DNA from: an uncultured Ruminococcus sp.
GTDB lineage: Bacteria > Bacillota > Clostridia > Oscillospirales > Acutalibacteraceae
Length of the DNA: 64,000 bases
NCBI GenBank assembly: GCA_902762615.1
Contig: CACWOX010000002.1
Coordinates: 92,163 to 156,162 of the forward strand
Reading direction: 5' to 3'
The notes beneath the pieces were generated by a model. That model saw nothing but the letters and a program-made list of their open reading frames with translations. It did no database searches and was not told where the DNA came from. Shown one piece after another: positions 46,507-55,892 of the stretch (positions are counted from its first letter, which is position 1; the number at the start of each line of letters is the position of its first letter). The position numbers and the translations under genes were made by a program.

Positions 46507-47907
46507 ATGGCAAAACCGAAAAGCGTCTATGTATGCGGCGAATGCGGCTACGAGTCAAGCCGCTGGTACGGCAAGTGTCCTTCCTGCGGACAATGGAATA
46601 CACTTGAGGAACAGGTGCGGGAAGCTGCTCCGGCAGCATCTTCCATTCGTGCGTCACGCGGCACAGTGCAGAGAGTCTCGCTCGCTGCAGCCGATCTGCC
46701 GACACCTGTCAGAGAGATCAGCACTGCCGACGAGCCGCGATACAGCACGGGAATGGGGGAACTTGACCGCGTGCTCGGCGGCGGCATAGTCAAAGGATCC
46801 CTCTCACTGCTCGGCGGCGACCCCGGCATAGGCAAATCCACCATTCTCCTCCAGATTTGCGAATTCATGGGACGCAGCATGAAGATACTCTATGTATCGG
46901 GTGAGGAATCGCGCAGGCAGCTCAAACTGCGTGCTATGCGTTTAGGCGTCAACAGTGAGAATCTTTATGTACTCGCCGAGACAGATATCGAGCGTGTGAT
47001 AGAAAACATACGGGTAATGAAACCCGATATGGTGATGATTGACTCGATTCAGACCATGAGCCTGAGCGACCTCAGCTCGTCTCCGGGCAGCATCGTGCAG
47101 GTGCGCGAATGCACCGGCGCCATCATGCGCTGCATTAAGGCTCTGGAAATTCCGACCATTCTCGTCGGTCACGTCAACAAGGACGGAGCGATAGCCGGTC
47201 CGAAGGTGCTTGAGCATGTGGTGGACGCTGTGCTTTATCTCGAGGGCGACAGACATCTTTCCTACAGAATACTTCGCGCCGTCAAGAACCGCTACGGCTC
47301 GACCAACGAGATAGGCGTATTTGATATGCAGGACAACGGTCTGCGCGAGGTAGAAAATCCTTCGATGATGCTGCTTTCCGGCAGACCTGTCAATGTCTCG
47401 GGCACCTGCGTCGCCTGCACCATGGAAGGCACCCGTCCCATTCTCGCCGAGGTGCAGGGACTTGCGGCTTCCTCCGGCTTCGGAAATCCGAGACGAATGG
47501 CAACCGGATTTGACATCAGCCGCATGAATCTGATCATTGCCGTTCTGGAAAAGCGCTCGGGCTATTTCTTTGCCAACATGGACACCTACATCAATATTGT
47601 CGGCGGTCTGAAGCTCTACGAACCCGCAGCCGATCTGGCTGTTGCCATCGCGCTGGTCAGCAGTCTGAAGGACCTATGCGTGGGCGAGGACATCATAGCA
47701 TTCGGAGAAATCGGACTTGCCGGGGAGCTGCGTGCGGTCAATCACGCGGAGGCACGCATACGTGAAGCCGCACGTCTGGGCTTCAAGCGGTGCATTCTGC
47801 CCTATCACAATCTGAAATCCCTCACTCCGCCGCCGCAGGAATACGGCATCAGGCTCTTTGGCGTACGGACAGTGCGCGATGCTGTCGCAGCTTTGAAGGC
47901 TGATTGA
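46507..47907 (+). CDS. radA: DNA repair protein RadA (Sms)
   Basis: Zinc finger CGECGYESSRWYGKCPSCGQW, Walker A GGDPGIGKST, KNRYG, and a Lon-like C-terminal domain. Confidence 0.95.
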   Translation: MAKPKSVYVCGECGYESSRWYGKCPSCGQWNTLEEQVREAAPAASSIRASRGTVQRVSLAAADLPTPVREISTADEPRYSTGMGELDRVLGGGIVKGSLSLLGGDPGIGKSTILLQICEFMGRSMKILYVSGEESRRQLKLRAMRLGVNSENLYVLAETDIERVIENIRVMKPDMVMIDSIQTMSLSDLSSSPGSIVQVRECTGAIMRCIKALEIPTILVGHVNKDGAIAGPKVLEHVVDAVLYLEGDRHLSYRILRAVKNRYGSTNEIGVFDMQDNGLREVENPSMMLLSGRPVNVSGTCVACTMEGTRPILAEVQGLAASSGFGNPRRMATGFDISRMNLIIAVLEKRSGYFFANMDTYINIVGGLKLYEPAADLAVAIALVSSLKDLCVGEDIIAFGEIGLAGELRAVNHAEARIREAARLGFKRCILPYHNLKSLTPPPQEYGIRLFGVRTVRDAVAALKAD

Positions 47908-47908
47908 T

Positions 47909-48529
47909 GTGCTGCAAGGCAAGGAATGGATTTTCTTTGATCTCGGCTCCACTCTTGTGGATGAAAGAGAGGCTTACCGCCAGCGCATACTTGAAATGTT
48001 AGCCGGCACTGCTATTTCATACGACGACTTTTACAATACTATGCTCGGCTTTTACAGACAAAGCCAAAAGGGCGACAAATTAGCAGCCGCTCGATACGGT
48101 TTATCGTTGCCGGAATGGAAAAGCGAATACGAAGTTTTATATCCCGAAGCCAGAATGTGCCTTGAAAGACTTCATAAAAAATATCGGCTCGGTATCATTG
48201 CAAATCAAAATCCCGGTACAAGGGAGCGCCTTCGGAGATTTGGAATAGACGGGGATTTTGACGTCGTGATCGCGTCTGCCGAGGAGGGAATGGCAAAACC
48301 TGACCCGTGTATATTTGAACTGGCTCTAAATCGCAGCGGCTGTTCAGCCGATCAAGCGGTGATGATAGGCGACCGTCTCGACAACGACATAGCTCCCGCA
48401 AACAGGCTGGGCTTTACCACTGTTCGCATTTTGCAGGGATATGGGAGATACGCCTCTCCCCTTTTACCGGATGAAATCCCCGATTATACGGTCAGCAGCC
48501 TTGCAGATCTTTGCGACATTCTGGTGTAA
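47909..48529 (+). CDS. HAD superfamily hydrolase (subfamily IA-like)
   Basis: Motif I FFDLGSTLV, motif II IIANQ, motif III KPD and motif IV GDRLDND. GTG start lies 1 nt after the radA stop. Confidence 0.75.
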   Translation: MLQGKEWIFFDLGSTLVDEREAYRQRILEMLAGTAISYDDFYNTMLGFYRQSQKGDKLAAARYGLSLPEWKSEYEVLYPEARMCLERLHKKYRLGIIANQNPGTRERLRRFGIDGDFDVVIASAEEGMAKPDPCIFELALNRSGCSADQAVMIGDRLDNDIAPANRLGFTTVRILQGYGRYASPLLPDEIPDYTVSSLADLCDILV

Positions 48530-48532
48530 AAT

Positions 48533-48575
48533 AAACGCTGTGCAATCATTAACAACTGCACAGCGTTTTTATTTT
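48533..48575. terminator. Bidirectional terminator between the HAD gene and deoB::cdd
   Basis: 12-bp stem AAACGCTGTGCA / TGCACAGCGTTT followed by TTTATTTTT. Confidence 0.85.
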
Positions 48576-48586
48576 TGCTCCCAAAA

Positions 48587-50146
48587 TCAGATCGAAAAAC
48601 CACACGGCAGCAGCTCCGCAAGGGTGTGACATTCGTATTCCTCCGGCTTTGCGAGAATGATCTCAAAGTCCGGCTGGCAAAATTCGCTCATCACCTGCCT
48701 GCAAACACCGCAAGGAGGACATATTCCTGTAATTATGCCGCCGTTGCCTCCCGCAATGGCTATCATTTTAAACTCCCTCTCCCCTTCGCTGACCGCTTTG
48801 GCAAATGCGGTACGTTCCGCGCATATTGTGGGTGAATAAGCGGCATTTTCAACATTACAGCCTGTGTAAATTCTGCCGCTCCCACAAAGCAGCGCCGCGC
48901 CCACCTTAAAGCCGGAATACGGGCTGTAGGAATGTGCCGTCGCGCTAACGGCCCTTTCCGCAAGATGAGCGCGAATGTCAGTCATTTCGGCAAGCATGCT
49001 CTTGCCGGCGCAGTCGTATTCCACTCCCAGCGCTTCCGCCACCGTGGCGGCAATATCCGCAAACCCTTGGCGGATTCCAAGATTTACGGGCAATATTTTC
49101 TTCCCGTATGCCAAAAGGGGAATGTATTCCCGCGTGTGGTCTGTACTGTCGTCAGAAGGGTCGCAGCCGTGGTCGGCGGTTATGATTAGCAGATCGTCGT
49201 CGCGCAGCTTTGGGAGAAATGCTCCCAGCCACCTGTCAAAGCGTGACAGCGCGGCGGCATACCCTTCCGCATCCTGACGGTGACCGTAGAGCATATCGAA
49301 ATCCACCAGATTGACAAAGCACAGCCCGCAAAACTCTCTCTCGGCTGCTTGGGATGTCTTTTCCATGCCTTCGTCATTGCCGGATGTGGCTATCGCTTCG
49401 GTGATTCCGCGACTCGCGAAGAGATCTCTAATTTTGCCCACCGAGATCACCTCTCGCCCGGCAGCCTTCAACGCGTCGAGTACGGTTTCAGAAGGCGGCT
49501 CGACGGAATAATCGTGGCGGTGCGGCGTTCGGGTAAAGCTGCCCGGCTGCCCGACAAACGGACGGGCGATCACCCTTCCGACTCCGTATTTGCCGACAAG
49601 CATTTTTCTCGCCGTCTCGCAATATCCGTAAAGCTCATTCAGCGGCACCATCTCTTCATGAGCCGCTATCTGAAACACGCTGTCGGCAGAGGTGTAGACA
49701 ATCAGATCGCCGGTGCGCATATGCTCTTCACCGTAGTCGGCAATTACCTGCGTGCCGGAATACGGCTTGTTGCAGAGCACGCCGCGTCCGGTAAGGCGGC
49801 AGAATTCATTGATAACCTCATCGGGGAAGCCGTCCGGAAAGGTCGGCAGAGGATTGGAAGAAATGACGCCCGCCATTTCCCAATGACCTATGGTGGAGTC
49901 CTTGCCGTTTGATTCTTCGGAAAGCTTGCACACCGCGCCCTTGGGAAATTCGTTCGTACCCAGAAAGCCTAATCCTTCAATGCTGCCTATACCGAGGCTG
50001 CGAAGATGCGGGATAAACAGCTGATCCGTGAGGGAAAGAGAAAGCAGAGTATGCGCTCCTTCGTCTCCGAATTCGGCGGCGTCAGGCAACGCCCCGGCTC
50101 CAAGGCTGTCCAGCACAATTAAAAAGACCCTTTTGAATTTCTCCAT
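48587..50146 (-). CDS. deoB: Phosphopentomutase fused to cytidine deaminase (DeoB::Cdd, single 519-aa ORF)
   Basis: The N-terminal region of about 388 aa is RVFLIVLDSLGAGALPDAAEFGDEGAHTL ... ITADHGCDP (DeoB). The C-terminal 131 aa is YSPYSGFKVGAAL ... CAERTAF ... PCGVCRQV (homotetrameric-type Cdd zinc ligands). There is no stop or frame change between the two parts. Confidence 0.85.
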   Translation of the reverse strand: MEKFKRVFLIVLDSLGAGALPDAAEFGDEGAHTLLSLSLTDQLFIPHLRSLGIGSIEGLGFLGTNEFPKGAVCKLSEESNGKDSTIGHWEMAGVISSNPLPTFPDGFPDEVINEFCRLTGRGVLCNKPYSGTQVIADYGEEHMRTGDLIVYTSADSVFQIAAHEEMVPLNELYGYCETARKMLVGKYGVGRVIARPFVGQPGSFTRTPHRHDYSVEPPSETVLDALKAAGREVISVGKIRDLFASRGITEAIATSGNDEGMEKTSQAAEREFCGLCFVNLVDFDMLYGHRQDAEGYAAALSRFDRWLGAFLPKLRDDDLLIITADHGCDPSDDSTDHTREYIPLLAYGKKILPVNLGIRQGFADIAATVAEALGVEYDCAGKSMLAEMTDIRAHLAERAVSATAHSYSPYSGFKVGAALLCGSGRIYTGCNVENAAYSPTICAERTAFAKAVSEGEREFKMIAIAGGNGGIITGICPPCGVCRQVMSEFCQPDFEIILAKPEEYECHTLAELLPCGFSI

Positions 50147-50231
50147 TTTCCCCGCCTCCTTTTTTCAATATTATCTGAATCCACTTCTGTTGACTCACAC
50201 TAAGGTCATTCTTATATCAATACAATATCAT

Positions 50232-50960
50232 TTAACCAAGTGAAACAGCTGTTTCCAGTGCAATTTCCATCATCTGGGTGAACGAAGTCTGACGTTCCTC
50301 TGCTGAAGTCGCTTCGCCTGTGACAATGTGGTCTGATACGGTGAATATGCCGAGCGCGTTCTTGCCGCATCTCGCGGCGTTCATATAGAGTGCGGCAGCT
50401 TCCATCTCCACACAGAGTACCCCCATTTTCGACCATTTTTCTGAGGCGGTCGTATCATCGCTATAGAAGGTATCGCTCGACAGACAGTTGCCTACATGAT
50501 AGCACGCACCGAGCTTTTCTGCGTTGTCAATCGCCCGCTTCATCAGCTCATAGCTTGCAATTGGTGCAAACGCGCCGGGAAGTCCGTATTGTGAGGCGTA
50601 ATTTGAATTGGTGCAGGCGCCCATTGCAATTACAATATCGCGCACCTTTACATTAGTGCTGATGCCTCCGGCAGTACCCACACGAATGATATTATCTACA
50701 CCAAAAAAATTGAAAAGCTCATAGCTGTAAATTCCGATGGACGGCATTCCCATTCCGCTTGCCATGACGGATACACGGATCCCCTTGTATGTGCCTGTGT
50801 AGCCCTGTATTCCACGCACATTATTCACAAGAACCGCACTGTCAAGATACGTTTCGGCAATGAATTTAGCCCTGAGCGGATCGCCCGGCATCAGCACCGT
50901 CTTTGCAAAATCCTCAGGACAGGCGTTTATATGCGGTGTTGGATAGTTCTTCTGTGACAT
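50232..50960 (-). CDS. deoD: Purine nucleoside phosphorylase, DeoD type
   Basis: TPHINACPEDFAKTVLMPGDPLRAKFIAETYL, GMGMPS and VEMEAAALY motifs. Confidence 0.92.
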   Translation of the reverse strand: MSQKNYPTPHINACPEDFAKTVLMPGDPLRAKFIAETYLDSAVLVNNVRGIQGYTGTYKGIRVSVMASGMGMPSIGIYSYELFNFFGVDNIIRVGTAGGISTNVKVRDIVIAMGACTNSNYASQYGLPGAFAPIASYELMKRAIDNAEKLGACYHVGNCLSSDTFYSDDTTASEKWSKMGVLCVEMEAAALYMNAARCGKNALGIFTVSDHIVTGEATSAEERQTSFTQMMEIALETAVSLG

Positions 50961-50987
50961 TTTTTGCTCTCCTTTTATAAAAAAATA

Positions 50988-51629
50988 TTACATCAATCTT
51001 ACCAATCGACTCGTGCCTATTCTCGACGCTCCCGCTTCAATCAATTTCTCCGCGTCCTCGAAGCTCTGCACGCCGCCTGCCGCTTTAATCCTGACATGCG
51101 AAGCAACGTGCGCCGCAAACAGCCTGATATCCTCGAGTGTTGCCCCGCCTTTGGAAAAGCCGGTGGAAGTCTTGATGAAATCCGCGCCCGAGTCGGACAC
51201 TATTCTGCACATTTCGATTTTTTCTTCCTCTGTCAGCAGGCAGGTTTCAATAATCACCTTCAGCAGCTTGTCTCCGCAGGCTTTTTTTACTGCCTTTATC
51301 TCGCTGAGAATATCGTCATATCGCTTGTCTCTAAGCCAACCAATATTGATCACCATGTCGATCTCGTCCGCGCCGTTTGCAACTGCGTCAGTTGTCTCGA
51401 ATACCTTGACTGCGGTAGTGCTGTAGCCGTTCGGAAATCCGATCACAGTGCAGACCGGCAGCCTTCCGGCAAGATACTGCGCGGTCTGCCTGACATAACT
51501 CGGAGGAATACAGACCGATGCTGTACCGAAGTACACGCCTTCATCGCACAGTTTTTTTATACCCTCCCATGTTGCTTCCTGTCTGAGAAGCGTATGGTCG
51601 ACCTTGCTTAGAATAACTCTTTTGTCCAT
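50988..51629 (-). CDS. deoC: Deoxyribose-phosphate aldolase
   Basis: VDHTLLRQEAT, VCTVIGFPNG and FIKTSTGF (Schiff-base Lys) motifs. ATG 51629 follows GGGGAG. Confidence 0.9.
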   Translation of the reverse strand: MDKRVILSKVDHTLLRQEATWEGIKKLCDEGVYFGTASVCIPPSYVRQTAQYLAGRLPVCTVIGFPNGYSTTAVKVFETTDAVANGADEIDMVINIGWLRDKRYDDILSEIKAVKKACGDKLLKVIIETCLLTEEEKIEMCRIVSDSGADFIKTSTGFSKGGATLEDIRLFAAHVASHVRIKAAGGVQSFEDAEKLIEAGASRIGTSRLVRLM

Positions 51630-51658
51630 TGCGATATCTCCCCATTCAATTGAAATCA

Positions 51659-52267
51659 TCACATATTCTGATCGTCCAGCGTAAGCTCAAAGGGCGGTAT
51701 GAATTTTTCGAGAAATTCTATTCCTTCGGGCAACTCCATCTCCCTGATTGATTGGACGGTGGACGCCTTTGCAGCGGAGAAATCTTTGTTGCATGCCTTT
51801 TCTTCCTCAATGCACTTGACAAGAGCGCTCAGTTTATCGGCGCATTTTACGATCCGCAGCAGCTCCGCGTCCTCTCTTTCATGGGTGATCAACGGAAAAT
51901 ACTCGCTTCGCATATCCTCCGGCAGCAGCGAAAGCAGCCGATTCTCGGCGGCGCTCTCCACTCCCGCATAGGCGTTTCTTATCTCGCTGCTGAAATATTT
52001 GACGGGCGTCGGCATATCCCCTGTGATCACCTCCGGCACATCGTGGAATATCGCAAGCAGCGCGGCACGTTCGGGATTGACGTTGCCGCCGAAGCGCTTG
52101 TTCCTGATTACCGCAAGCGCATGGGCTATGATGGCTGTGTCAAGAGAATGCTCGCTGAGGTTTTCGCTGTGCGTGTTGCGCATGAGCGCCCAGCGGTCTA
52201 TATACTTCATGCGTGAAATGATCGCAAAAAACGATGATCCTTCCCTGCTGACTCCTGAATTCTCCAT
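51659..52267 (-). CDS. yfbR: HD-domain 5'-deoxynucleotidase, YfbR-like
   Basis: RMKYIDRWALMRNTHSENLSEHSLDTAIIAHALA and HDVPEVITGD motifs. Confidence 0.85.
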   Translation of the reverse strand: MENSGVSREGSSFFAIISRMKYIDRWALMRNTHSENLSEHSLDTAIIAHALAVIRNKRFGGNVNPERAALLAIFHDVPEVITGDMPTPVKYFSSEIRNAYAGVESAAENRLLSLLPEDMRSEYFPLITHEREDAELLRIVKCADKLSALVKCIEEEKACNKDFSAAKASTVQSIREMELPEGIEFLEKFIPPFELTLDDQNM

Positions 52268-52272
52268 TTTGT

Positions 52273-53730
52273 TTATTCTCCTTTGTCCGTATCTTCCCTG
52301 TTCATTTCATCATAATGCTGTCTTGCCTTTTCAAAAAGATTGACCTGCGGCTCCTCCGGCTTATCCTTTTCGGCGGCGCTCTTTTTTGCCTCGTCAAGAG
52401 CCTTCTGCCACGCGCCGGAAAGCTTTGCCCCTGCCGTAGACAGCCCTTTGATCAGCTTGATATCCGTCAATCTGAACGTCCCCATATTCCCCTTACTGGA
52501 AAATACCGCCGCAGTCAGCGAGGTGATAGGAACCGACATCAGCAGTCCGAAACAACCCGCCAGTGCGCGAAGCAGCTCCACTGCGATCATCTCATTGTTT
52601 ATGATTTCTTGCAGCGAGATATTGTAGGCACTAAACAGCATGAGAAGCTGGAAGGAGCTTCCGACGTATGCAAGAATCATCGTATTAAGCGATGCGCCCA
52701 TTATGTCGCAGCCGATGGACATACCGGAGCGCACAAGCTCCCAGCCGGTGATATTCTCGCCCATTTTGCCTTTAAGCTCCTCTAATGAAGACGCTATCGA
52801 AACGCTGACGTCTATCGTGCCGCCGAGACTGCCTATGACAATTGCCGCAAAGAGTATCGAGGCAACGTCAAGGTTGCGTCCGTTATCGGTATAGAGAAGG
52901 CTGATGGATTCCTCGTCCACCGTACCAGTTATCCAGATAATGCTCTTTAGTATGTATGCGATCAAAGCCGACGTCAGCACGCCTCCGATAGCTCCCGTGC
53001 CTGCCGCCAGTGACGAGACAGACGGACCGTGCACCATCAGCAAGGTCACCACAATGGTGGCAAAACCGAATATTGCCACCGCAAGCACCGGATCCATGCC
53101 GTTGTAAACAAGCGGTATCATGATGAAAATAAGCATGAGGCAGGTGATGATCAGCGCAGAAAATGACTTGAGTCCGCCTCGCCCGAAAAAGAGCAAAAGC
53201 AGCACAATAAAGCCCAGTGCCAGCCACATCAGCGGAATATCCCGCTGAAAACCTGTGCATGTGCCGTAAAGGGTATAGGACGAGTAATCCATCACAAAAT
53301 AGCCAAGCAGACGGTCGCCTTCTTTAGCAGTGATGACTCCTTTGCCGGTGCCTGTGATGTCGGTCAGATCAAGCGTCATCTCAGCTTCCACGCCTTTATA
53401 GGGACCGGTGAGTATTTTTACCATAAAGGTCTGCGTGCGCTGAATGATGGACTCTCCGCCCCATTCGCCTCCCGATTCATTGATATCGAGCAGTTTTGTC
53501 ACAACCACACGTTCAATTTTCATTTCGTCCACCGACACATTGTCGGAATCAGATGCATTGGGAAGGTAATAATCACTTTGTGACGTGTTATTATCTGATG
53601 TATAGTCCTTACCGCTGCCTGATCTACCCATTGCCAGCCAGAGCAATCCGACCAACGCCAGCACGACCGCCACGCCGCAATAGCTTATGATTGATTTTTG
53701 ATGCTTAGCAAAAAAATCCTTCAAGCTCAA
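52273..53730 (-). CDS. YibE/F family membrane protein with N-terminal and C-terminal extensions
   Basis: 485 aa: an N-terminal TM, an external domain of about 130 aa, a polytopic YibE/F-like core, then a charged C-terminal tail. Start is TTG 53730 or TTG 53724 (8 nt after GGAGG). Confidence 0.75.
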   Translation of the reverse strand: MSLKDFFAKHQKSIISYCGVAVVLALVGLLWLAMGRSGSGKDYTSDNNTSQSDYYLPNASDSDNVSVDEMKIERVVVTKLLDINESGGEWGGESIIQRTQTFMVKILTGPYKGVEAEMTLDLTDITGTGKGVITAKEGDRLLGYFVMDYSSYTLYGTCTGFQRDIPLMWLALGFIVLLLLFFGRGGLKSFSALIITCLMLIFIMIPLVYNGMDPVLAVAIFGFATIVVTLLMVHGPSVSSLAAGTGAIGGVLTSALIAYILKSIIWITGTVDEESISLLYTDNGRNLDVASILFAAIVIGSLGGTIDVSVSIASSLEELKGKMGENITGWELVRSGMSIGCDIMGASLNTMILAYVGSSFQLLMLFSAYNISLQEIINNEMIAVELLRALAGCFGLLMSVPITSLTAAVFSSKGNMGTFRLTDIKLIKGLSTAGAKLSGAWQKALDEAKKSAAEKDKPEEPQVNLFEKARQHYDEMNREDTDKGE

Positions 53731-53870
53731 AACCTCCGATGATTGATTATTTTGTAAAGTTTACAATTACATAATATATTACAATAAATTTATGTATATA
53801 ATATGAACATATGTGTAATATATCTAAAATCTTATCAACTAATATCACACGATAATCACTGTTTAATCTT

Positions 53871-53889
53871 ATTGAAATCATATTTCAAT
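53871..53889. promoter_or_regulatory. Perfect palindrome upstream of htrA, a candidate operator
   Basis: ATTGAAAT-cat-ATTTCAAT, about 70 nt upstream of the htrA ATG and just upstream of a TATAAT at about 53913. Confidence 0.3.
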
Positions 53890-53959
53890 CAAATAATCAT
53901 CAATGATAAGGTATAATATACTTCTATAAACAAATTCAACAGCAAAGGAGACAAAAATT

Positions 53960-55222
53960 ATGTCAGCAAATTATCCCAATCAAGGCAATTACCGCAGCTC
54001 ACAGCCGGGTATGCCTACTCAGGCAATGACCCAGACACGTCCGCAGCCGCAGTACATCTCACAGCCGCAGTATGTCAATCAGCAGCCTTCCAATAACGGA
54101 GGCAATAAAAACAGCGGAAAAACAAGCCTATCTACCATTCTCATTTCGGCTTTGCTTGCCTTATTGCTGGGTCTCGGGGGCGGGTTCCTCGGAGCAAAGC
54201 TCGGTTCAAAAGGCACCACTGTCGTCACGTCTGAGGACGGCAAGGTAATTTTCCAGGAAATAGAACGTTCCACGGACAACGGCAGTCAGGCTTCCTATGC
54301 CGTTGAGGACGTAGCGGCAGCTGTAGCCGATTCCGTCGTGGAGATCACCACAGAAATCGTTTCCACCAACTCATTCCTCGGGCAGTATATTTCACAGGGT
54401 GCAGGCAGCGGCGTTATTTTTACCACTGACGGCTATATCATCACCAATCACCACGTGATCGACGGCGCAAGCAAGGTAAATGTAACCCTCCGAAACGGGA
54501 CAAGCTACAGCGCTAAAGTGATCGGTGACGATGCCAAAACCGACCTCGCACTTCTCAAGATAGAAGCCACCGGATTGACTCCCGCTATTTTGGTTGCCGA
54601 TTCCGATCAGCTCAAGGTCGGACAGACTGCAATTGCCATCGGCAATCCTCTCGGTCAGCTCGGCGGTACCGTTACAAGCGGCATTGTCAGCGCTCTGGGA
54701 CGTGAAATTGAAATAGGCGGCGAAACAATGACTCTGCTCCAGACAAGCGCCGCCATCAACCCCGGCAATTCCGGCGGCGGTCTTTTTGACGACAAAGGCA
54801 GCCTCATCGGCATTGTCAACGCAAAGTCCAGCGGTTCCGACATTGAGGGTCTTGGGTTTGCCATTCCTGCCAACACCGTTAAAAAGGTCATCGGCGATCT
54901 CATGGAATACGGCTACGTCAAGGGCCGTGCCAATCTCGGTCTGACTTATGTAACAATAAACAGTCTTGCCGCCGCATGGCTCTACGGCTATGACGATTAC
55001 GGCGTTTTCATCTCCAATGTCGATATGCGTTCTGACGCATATGCCGCCGGTTTGCAGGCAGGCGACATGATTGTTTCCATCAACGGCGTTCAGATCGAGT
55101 CCGAAAGTGACATTCAGGCACAGACCAAGAATTTGCAGATCGGCGACACAGTCAGCATGGTTATCAGAAGAAAAGGTCAGGATTACCAGGTGGATATTAC
55201 CATGACAGAGTACAAGGGTTAA
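53960..55222 (+). CDS. htrA: HtrA/DegP-family serine protease with a PDZ domain
   Basis: Gln/Pro-rich N-terminus, a TM helix, catalytic TNHHV / DLALLK / GNSGGGLF, and a C-terminal PDZ domain. Confidence 0.9.
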   Translation: MSANYPNQGNYRSSQPGMPTQAMTQTRPQPQYISQPQYVNQQPSNNGGNKNSGKTSLSTILISALLALLLGLGGGFLGAKLGSKGTTVVTSEDGKVIFQEIERSTDNGSQASYAVEDVAAAVADSVVEITTEIVSTNSFLGQYISQGAGSGVIFTTDGYIITNHHVIDGASKVNVTLRNGTSYSAKVIGDDAKTDLALLKIEATGLTPAILVADSDQLKVGQTAIAIGNPLGQLGGTVTSGIVSALGREIEIGGETMTLLQTSAAINPGNSGGGLFDDKGSLIGIVNAKSSGSDIEGLGFAIPANTVKKVIGDLMEYGYVKGRANLGLTYVTINSLAAAWLYGYDDYGVFISNVDMRSDAYAAGLQAGDMIVSINGVQIESESDIQAQTKNLQIGDTVSMVIRRKGQDYQVDITMTEYKG

Positions 55223-55261
55223 ATCATCGGCTGTTTCACTGTTTTCGGCATAAAATAAAAT

Positions 55262-55304
55262 AATCCGCGGCGAGGCTTGCTTTAGTCTCTGCCGCGGATT
55301 TTTG
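55262..55304. terminator. Bidirectional terminator between htrA and dpaB
   Basis: 10-bp stem AATCCGCGGC / GCCGCGGATT followed by TTTTG, with an A-run upstream. Confidence 0.85.
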
Positions 55305-55305
55305 T

Positions 55306-55887
55306 TTACAGATATACGGGCTGCAACTGCGTTTTACTGAGTGCGCTCTTTATCGCTTCAGGCGTTTTATCGAAGTGTACCACCACTGAATTCGGCTTTT
55401 TTATCGGGTCGTCCTGCGACATGGGTATAAAGTAAATGTTCTTGTTGTTCATCAGTGCGCCAATGTTCTTTGCGGCCGCCGCAAGCGCGTCGTTGGTGGA
55501 TACTCCTATTACCAGCGGACGTGCGTTTCTCAAATGCGCCTTTGCGGCAAGCGCGACCGCTGTGTCGGTCACTCCGCAGGCGAGCTTGGCAAGTGTATTT
55601 CCTGTGCACGGCGAAATGACAAGCACGTCCAACAGCTTCTGCGGACCGATAGGCTCCGCCTGCGGAATGGTGTGTATCACGCTCTTGCCGCATATCGACT
55701 CAATTTCATTCACGAAATCCGCTGCCATTCCAAAACGTGTATCAAGCGAATACGCGTTCTGCGACATGATCGGAAAAACATCCGCGCCGTCCTGAACGAG
55801 CCGCTTCATCTGGTCAATGGATTTACGGAATGTGCAGAAGGAACCGCAGATCGCATAGCCAATTTTTATCCCATTTAATTCTTCCAT
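55306..55887 (-). CDS. dpaB: Dipicolinate synthase subunit B
   Basis: Flavoprotein-like GYAICGSFCTF and ISPCTGNTLAKLA. It lies downstream of dpaA. Confidence 0.9.
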   Translation of the reverse strand: MEELNGIKIGYAICGSFCTFRKSIDQMKRLVQDGADVFPIMSQNAYSLDTRFGMAADFVNEIESICGKSVIHTIPQAEPIGPQKLLDVLVISPCTGNTLAKLACGVTDTAVALAAKAHLRNARPLVIGVSTNDALAAAAKNIGALMNNKNIYFIPMSQDDPIKKPNSVVVHFDKTPEAIKSALSKTQLQPVYL

Positions 55888-55892
55888 ACTGT

